This document shows, piece after piece, positions 58,448-64,000 of a stretch of DNA of 64,000 bases. A model generated the notes under the pieces. The model saw only the letters and a program-made list of their open reading frames with translations, did no database searches and was not told the origin of the DNA. This stretch comes from an uncultured Christensenellaceae bacterium (GTDB lineage Bacteria > Bacillota > Clostridia > Christensenellales > CAG-1252). The position numbers were made by a program, and so were the translations under genes. The DNA is taken from assembly GCA_964368645.1 (NCBI GenBank), contig CAYJBY010000004.1, positions 11,343 to 75,342 of the forward strand, read 5' to 3'. Each line of letters opens with the position of its first letter. Positions within the stretch are counted from its first letter, which is position 1.

Positions 58448-60967
58448 ATGAAAAAATTTCTGCCCCTATTGACCGTATTATTGCTTTTAATTGCGCTGAC
58501 GGGTACCGTCGGTGCTTTTACTTATGCGGAAGAGGCGGACGTTTTGGAGCTTACCTGCGTTTATAATAACGAGGACTACGTAGAGTTTGGCGAGGTTGAC
58601 GCACTGGCGGTTTCGCAACGCGGAATCGCGGCGAGGGAAACGGACGGCGAGGTGGTGTTTTTCGGCGGTTTGAGCGGTAGGGTTTCTTTAGCGGACATAC
58701 CGTCTTTAGACAGCGGATACGCATATTCCGAGTCGGTAACTTTCAAAATCGCAATGTTCGATTCTTACCTTATAGTGTCGGCGGCGGCAGAGGACGGAGC
58801 GTATCTGTTTGCCTATGACGCTATTGGCGGAGAATGGAGCTTTTTGCAAAAGCTGGACGCGATAACCGACATAGCGGTAGATGCGGACAATTCCGTGCTG
58901 GTGGCGGCGCATTGCAACTCTGTCAAGACCTTTAAGCTGAAAACAGAGGGCGGCGCGTTGGTGTTTACCCCGTCAGTTTATTGGAGTCGGAGCCGTTACA
59001 GTATAACCTCGGTGATTGCGGCAGGACAGTTTGGCGACGAGGACAGATGCTACGTGACGCTTGAGGGCTACGACAGTCTGTTTTATTATAGGTACTATCT
59101 TTCCGAGCCCGAACCCGAGAACGACAATGCTACCGTAATCCCGTCCGATTGCACTTACTATCCCCGTTCAGATACGGGTATTTACGTTATTGACGCCTCG
59201 CGCCGAGTAACTTTGTACGACGCAGAGGACGCAGTTTTCGGCTCATTGATTAACTCCGAAAGAACGGCGCATTACCGTAACTGGTCGAGCTATTATCCCG
59301 ATTCCAACATCGTTGCCGAAAAGGTAACGGACGAGAGTATAGGACGGCTGACAGCCTATTGCTTTTACGACGGCAAGTTTTACGCCGCCGACGGAGCATA
59401 CGGCGCGGTTAAGGTATATTCCGCAGAGGATTTTTCTTTTATCAAAATGTACGGCAACAGCGGAACGTCCGAGGGCAGACTTAACTCTCCTACCGCAGTC
59501 TCAGCAGGCGGCAGTCTTGCCGTTGTAGCCGATACGGGCAACGACAGACTGGTTAGAATTAATACGGACGATTATCAAAGCGCGGTGGTTACGGGAGCGC
59601 AGTACTTGGACGCTGACTTGACCGCAGTTTGCAGTGACGGCAGAATCTTTGCCGCCAATTCCCACGCTAAGAAAGTATTTTCTATAGACGGTACATACGA
59701 GTTTGAAAACAGCGTTACCGCTCTTGCCGCTTCCGACGATAGGCTTTTCGCGGTTTCGGGGCAAAGCGTTTTCGTACTGGAAAAGGACGCGTCTGCTTTT
59801 GCGCTGTACGCGGCGGTGGGCGCGGATATATCGGATATATCAGCAGGCGGCGACCTGACTTACGTTAGGACGGTAGACAGCGTTCTTACATATAAGGACG
59901 GCGCACGGCTTGATTTTTCCCTCACAATTACAGAAGCTAAGGATATGTTCAGCGACTATGCAGGCAACCTGTATCTGCTGTGCGGCTCCTCTGTTAAGCG
60001 TTATCAGCGTAATTTGACGGGCTTCGACAACGAGCCGACCGTATATAATCTGGGATTAGAGCCTACTTCCTTTGCAGCTGTGGGCGACAAGGTTTTGATT
60101 GTTGCAGGTAACAGACTGTATTCGATGGATTCCTCCGCGATTAATTATACCAATAACAGCGGTTTTGCAGGGGAGCCTGACAAGGTGGATTACCCCGTGG
60201 CTATAATCGAGACTGCCGACGATTTAATGATGTACTCCTCGCCGGACTGCTATCAGAATATTGCTGATTTTAAGTCGGGCGCAAGAGCGATGCTCCGCAC
60301 TACGGTGGAATACGACTCGGTACAGTATTACTATATCGAGTATCAAAGACGGTTTTTCTATCTGCCTGTATCTGACAGTATTACCATATTAAGCAGTGGA
60401 AGTGCGACCGTTGCCGCCGTCAAATGCTTATTCAGTTCTCTCAATATCTATAACTATCCAGATTTGACCGCAACTACGGTGAAAAAGGGATTGACTTCCA
60501 AGGATATCGTTAAGGTCACGGGCTACGTTGCCGTTAAGAACGGCGAGGACGCTTGGGGTTGGTATTCGGTGGAGTTTGACGGAGTTAAGGGCTACGTGCA
60601 GATTGCCGACGTTGTGGAAGCGGAAGAAGATATAACCATAAAGAGATATTATCTTAAGGCTTGCGCCGATTATTTCGGAACACTGATTAAGGTCTATGAC
60701 GCGCCCTCAGAGGGTGCCGAGGTATTAGATTCCTTAACGGACGGAGCCAAGCTGGAATTAAGAACGCCATTCGACGCGAATTCGCAATACGTGGAGATAT
60801 GGTACAACGAGCGTCCTTGCTACGTCAAAACCTCTAACGTAACGGACAAGACCTTGACCAATTCGCAGGTGTTGGCTGTGGTGCTGTTTGCGGTAACGGT
60901 TGCAGGCGGCGCGTTGATTTTGGTGATGTATTTTATCATAAAAAAACGCAGAGAAAAGAACTTATAA
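58448..60967 (+). CDS. Cell-surface protein: signal peptide, NHL-repeat beta-propeller, three SH3b domains, C-terminal TM anchor
   Basis: NHL signatures GNDRLVRI and GAVKVY. Three SH3_3-like segments near the C-terminus. Terminal helix VLAVVLFAVTVAGGALILVMYFII followed by KKRREK. Confidence 0.6.
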   Translation: MKKFLPLLTVLLLLIALTGTVGAFTYAEEADVLELTCVYNNEDYVEFGEVDALAVSQRGIAARETDGEVVFFGGLSGRVSLADIPSLDSGYAYSESVTFKIAMFDSYLIVSAAAEDGAYLFAYDAIGGEWSFLQKLDAITDIAVDADNSVLVAAHCNSVKTFKLKTEGGALVFTPSVYWSRSRYSITSVIAAGQFGDEDRCYVTLEGYDSLFYYRYYLSEPEPENDNATVIPSDCTYYPRSDTGIYVIDASRRVTLYDAEDAVFGSLINSERTAHYRNWSSYYPDSNIVAEKVTDESIGRLTAYCFYDGKFYAADGAYGAVKVYSAEDFSFIKMYGNSGTSEGRLNSPTAVSAGGSLAVVADTGNDRLVRINTDDYQSAVVTGAQYLDADLTAVCSDGRIFAANSHAKKVFSIDGTYEFENSVTALAASDDRLFAVSGQSVFVLEKDASAFALYAAVGADISDISAGGDLTYVRTVDSVLTYKDGARLDFSLTITEAKDMFSDYAGNLYLLCGSSVKRYQRNLTGFDNEPTVYNLGLEPTSFAAVGDKVLIVAGNRLYSMDSSAINYTNNSGFAGEPDKVDYPVAIIETADDLMMYSSPDCYQNIADFKSGARAMLRTTVEYDSVQYYYIEYQRRFFYLPVSDSITILSSGSATVAAVKCLFSSLNIYNYPDLTATTVKKGLTSKDIVKVTGYVAVKNGEDAWGWYSVEFDGVKGYVQIADVVEAEEDITIKRYYLKACADYFGTLIKVYDAPSEGAEVLDSLTDGAKLELRTPFDANSQYVEIWYNERPCYVKTSNVTDKTLTNSQVLAVVLFAVTVAGGALILVMYFIIKKRREKNL

Positions 60968-60995
60968 AATTTTTCCGATAAAAGAGAAAAAATAC

Positions 60996-61024
60996 TAGAC
61001 AAATACCGCTAAAGTATGTAAAAT
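60996..61024 (+). promoter_or_regulatory. Putative promoter for the tRNA-Pro gene
   Basis: TAGACA, 17-nt spacer, TAAAAT, ending 11 nt before the mature tRNA 5' end. Confidence 0.35.
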
Positions 61025-61035
61025 AGTAGCGTTGA

Positions 61036-61112
61036 CTGGGTGTGGCGCAGCTTGGTAGCGCGCTTGAATGGGGTTCAAGAGGCCGGAAGTTCAAATCTTC
61101 TCACCCAGACCA
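61036..61112 (+). tRNA. tRNA-Pro (anticodon GGG), CCA encoded
   Basis: Manually folded cloverleaf. Acceptor CTGGGTG/CACCCAG with the C1:G72 pair typical of bacterial tRNA-Pro. D-stem GCGC/GCGC. Anticodon stem CTTGA/TCAAG, loop ATGGGGT with G37. T-arm GGAAG-TTCAAAT-CTTCT. Discriminator A plus CCA. Confidence 0.85.
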
Positions 61113-61113
61113 G

Positions 61114-61142
61114 AAAAGTCACGGATTATCCGTGACTTTTTT
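61114..61142 (+). terminator. Rho-independent terminator after tRNA-Pro
   Basis: AAAAGTCACGG-attat-CCGTGACTTTT followed by T-run. Confidence 0.7.
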
Positions 61143-61333
61143 GTATTATAATCATCCTTTTAGCATTGCTCATTTAGGCGTAAAATCCACACTTATAGTA
61201 AAGTATAACCGAAATTCTCCCGTAGATTAACAGAAAAGCCCCTGTTTAAGGGAACAAAACCTAACGGAAAAAGGTAGCTCTAAGGGAAATTTGCGTGAAT
61301 TATTCCTGCATTGAGAGGGAAAGCTACGGGAAA

Positions 61334-61431
61334 AAGGCTTTGCTTTAGCAAAATGCCTGCTTGTGCTTGGGGTAAATGGAAAGGCATTGCTTTAGCAAAA
61401 TGCCTGCGAATTGTGCTTGGGATAAACGGAT
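61334..61431 (+). repeat. Two tandem copies of about 48 bp, each with an internal hairpin
   Basis: GGC(T/A)TTGCTTTAGCAAAATGCCTGC...TGTGCTTGGG..AAA.GGA twice. AGGCATT-11 nt-AATGCCT stem in each copy. Confidence 0.5.
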
Positions 61432-61678
61432 AAACGGTTTCGTTTTTCCATTTGAGAAGAATTTAACTAACCGCGAAAACTTGCGAAATATACAATGGAA
61501 AAGATTTTAACTAACTACGAAAGATTACCTTAGGAGTAGCTTTTAATTAATTGCGAAAGAATGGGAAGCATATCTATCGGAGTGTTTTTTATTATTTGAA
61601 AACGACTGCGTAAATAAAAAGGGCGCACCAAGCGGATACTTCCGCCGTGGGTGCGCCTTTTGAATTAAACAAACTGTA

Positions 61679-64000
61679 TCAGTCGCTGCGAAGTGCTTTG
61701 ACGGGATCTTTTTTCGCCGCGATACGGGAGGGAACCCAGCCTGCAATAAGGCTTAAGATGAAGCTGAGGAAAACCAGAATAATGGCGAAATACCACTCTA
61801 TCCATACCCTAATCGGGAAGCCTAAGACCGCCTGCAAAATTGCCGAGGTGATACTGGAGAATACCAAGGTCAGCAGGATACCCACAATACCTGAGCATAG
61901 TCCGATAAGACCTGCTTCCGCGAGGAATACGTGAGCAACGTCCTTTTTGGACGCGCCCAAACTGCGGAGAACGCCGATTTCCTTATTGCGTTCCAACACC
62001 GAGGTATAGGTGATAATTGCAATCATTATAGAGGAAACAATCAGGGAAATAGCCGCAAAGCCCACCAATACGCGAGTGATTATATCGGTAAGACTGGTAG
62101 CGTAATCCATCAGTACAGCCATACTGTCCGAATACTTAATCGCGTTGGTTTGAGTAGAGTTATACTTGTCCAGCAGTGCGATAATCTTTTGCTTGTTTTC
62201 AAAGGAACTGGCGAAGATGCTGATATTCTGAATATCGTTCTCGTTGGCGGAGCCTAAGGAAACGAGGAATTCGTCAACGTCAGCGTAAGACTTGTCGGGC
62301 ACTACGTTGGTCATACCGTGGTTTTTGACCTGCTGTGCTACGGGAGAAGTACCTGCGATTTCCCACATTTTTTCCATCAGGGCGTGGGTATAACCAACCA
62401 CGGTGCTGATGCAGGTAGCGGTAGTATCCTCTTTAGCGCGGATAACGCCTGCGACCTTTACCTTGACAGCCTTGCCGTCAGCCAAAAGCGTCTCAAGCTG
62501 TTCGCCGTTGACGTTGGCGTTAAAGGTGCTGTCGAAGCTGTAAGTCCCCTCGTTTTCCACGTAGCGCGAGGAGTTGGGGAAGGCGTAGTAGTTGAGGTTA
62601 AGAATATCGTCCACGGTGTAGCTCATCTCGCTGAAATTCAAGCCCTCGTTGGCAAGCAAAGCCGAGGCTTGGTCGGCAGGGAGAAGTCCTAAGCAGAAAA
62701 GCGAATAGTCGTCCAAGCGGTTGTATTCGTCCACGACCACCACGATTTCGTCATAGCTTGTGGGCCAATGGGAGTTGCCGATAAGGTCGTACTGCTGTTG
62801 TAAAAGGTTCTGGTTAAAAATCTCGCTCCAAACCTCTATCATACCTGCGTAATTCTTAATTGTATCGGGAAGAGTAACGCCGATAGTGTCGATAACCTCG
62901 GTGAAAGGAGAAAGCAAAGCGGCGTGTTCCTCGTCCTTGTCAGGCGTAGAGGGATCGTCCTCAAAGTTGCGGTAAACGCTGAACTTTGTGCCGTAGTCGT
63001 AGGTAATTGTGCCCCAGTCGGATTGGAAGTTGTCGGTAAAGTAATTTTTCAGGGAGAGCAGATCGTTATCGTCGAGGTTTTGCTGTGTGCCGCCTGCAAG
63101 CAGTTTGCCGAACAGACCTGATATAACCTCCTTAACGTAAACGCTGTCGCCGCCGGGGTAAGAGTCCATCTCGGGATTATCGCTTTTTGAGGAAAGCATA
63201 TCCATTATAGAGGATAGGTAGCCGCCGGAACTGGAGTCGGATTTGTTGGTTTTGGAAATCGTAAGGGGATAGGTGGACAAGGAGTCCTCCTCCATAGATT
63301 GCAAATATCCGTTGACGCCTGAGGAAATGGCAAGTACCAGAGCGATACCTATGATGCCGATACTGCCTGCAATAGCCGTAGCCGTTGTGCGCACCTTCTT
63401 GGTAACAAGGTTCTTAGCAGAGAGCTTTATCGCGCTGGCGTAACTCATAGAGGAGTGTTTTTTCTTACCCTTGGAATCCTCTTCGATAGGCTCCCACTCC
63501 GCATTGTCCGTTACTGACGCGTTGTCCGCCGTTATTTCCGCGTTCTCCGCGACTATCGGTTTAACCTTCTTTTTGGGAAGTTTTTTGGTGGTGAAAATCG
63601 TGACGACGTTTTGGCAAAACCTCTGCCAAGCGGAGGGCTCCAACGGTTTGATTTCGGAGTCTTTTAAGGATTCTTCCTCGGTAAGAGGCATAGAGTCGCC
63701 GATTAAGCAACCGTCCTCAAACTTGATAATACGGGAGGCGTACTTCTCCGCAAGCTCGGGATTATGAGTTACCATAATTACCAGTCTGTCGGAGGAAATA
63801 TCCTTGAGTATCTCCATTATCTGTATGCTGTTTTGGGTATCCAACGCGCCCGTAGGCTCGTCTGCCAACAAAATCTCGGGATCGTTGATTATCGCTCTTG
63901 CAATAGCCACTCTCTGCATTTGTCCGCCTGAAAGCTGATTGGGCTTTTTGTGCTCCATACCCTTAAGCCCCACGATTTCCAGTGCGGAATTAACCCTTGC
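61679..64000 (-). CDS. MacB-like ABC transporter, fused ATPase and FtsX-family permease. The 5' end (Walker A) lies beyond the window.
   Basis: The ORF runs to the window end. ABC signature LSGGQMQR and Walker B LLADEPT near its N-terminal part. Long extracytoplasmic domain plus the FtsX C-terminal 4-TM bundle. Confidence 0.8.
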   Translation of the reverse strand, partial: ARVNSALEIVGLKGMEHKKPNQLSGGQMQRVAIARAIINDPEILLADEPTGALDTQNSIQIMEILKDISSDRLVIMVTHNPELAEKYASRIIKFEDGCLIGDSMPLTEEESLKDSEIKPLEPSAWQRFCQNVVTIFTTKKLPKKKVKPIVAENAEITADNASVTDNAEWEPIEEDSKGKKKHSSMSYASAIKLSAKNLVTKKVRTTATAIAGSIGIIGIALVLAISSGVNGYLQSMEEDSLSTYPLTISKTNKSDSSSGGYLSSIMDMLSSKSDNPEMDSYPGGDSVYVKEVISGLFGKLLAGGTQQNLDDNDLLSLKNYFTDNFQSDWGTITYDYGTKFSVYRNFEDDPSTPDKDEEHAALLSPFTEVIDTIGVTLPDTIKNYAGMIEVWSEIFNQNLLQQQYDLIGNSHWPTSYDEIVVVVDEYNRLDDYSLFCLGLLPADQASALLANEGLNFSEMSYTVDDILNLNYYAFPNSSRYVENEGTYSFDSTFNANVNGEQLETLLADGKAVKVKVAGVIRAKEDTTATCISTVVGYTHALMEKMWEIAGTSPVAQQVKNHGMTNVVPDKSYADVDEFLVSLGSANENDIQNISIFASSFENKQKIIALLDKYNSTQTNAIKYSDSMAVLMDYATSLTDIITRVLVGFAAISLIVSSIMIAIITYTSVLERNKEIGVLRSLGASKKDVAHVFLAEAGLIGLCSGIVGILLTLVFSSITSAILQAVLGFPIRVWIEWYFAIILVFLSFILSLIAGWVPSRIAAKKDPVKALRSD

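Overview
This window reads as a 64-kb chromosomal segment of a spore-forming, low-to-moderate-GC Firmicute, probably from the Clostridia. Most of it is housekeeping genes in conserved local arrangements:
- rel, then a GH38 alpha-mannosidase, then deoD
- secG-rnr-smpB followed by metY-metA
- an NfeD protein with a flotillin (SPFH family)
- ispE, spoIIR, sleB-ypeB, PFOR (nifJ)
- an ECF S component followed by ecfA1-ecfA2-ecfT-truA-rplM-rpsI
- an M1 peptidase, trxB, a single tRNA-Pro(GGG), and a MacB/FtsX-type ABC gene cut off at the window end

No transposase, integrase or CRISPR array is visible.

Accessory or unusual content:
- A lower-GC two-gene locus at 37.4-40.0 kb: a divergent XRE repressor and a 779-aa secreted protein built from two copies of an unrecognised Cys-rich module, with operator-like palindromes in its promoter.
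- A second SPFH system at 55.9-58.2 kb, paired with a zinc-ribbon membrane protein, followed by DUF1858 and a surface protein with an NHL propeller and three SH3b domains.
- A promoter-plus-terminator unit with no ORF between them after trxB, which I treat as a candidate sRNA.
- A recurring pattern of long 3' spacers filled with degenerate tandem repeats. Some copy the 3' end of the neighbouring gene (ypeB, PRC-barrel gene). One holds three tandem 21-bp units, each with a near-consensus DnaA box.

All calls are from reading the sequence and motifs. No database search was possible.
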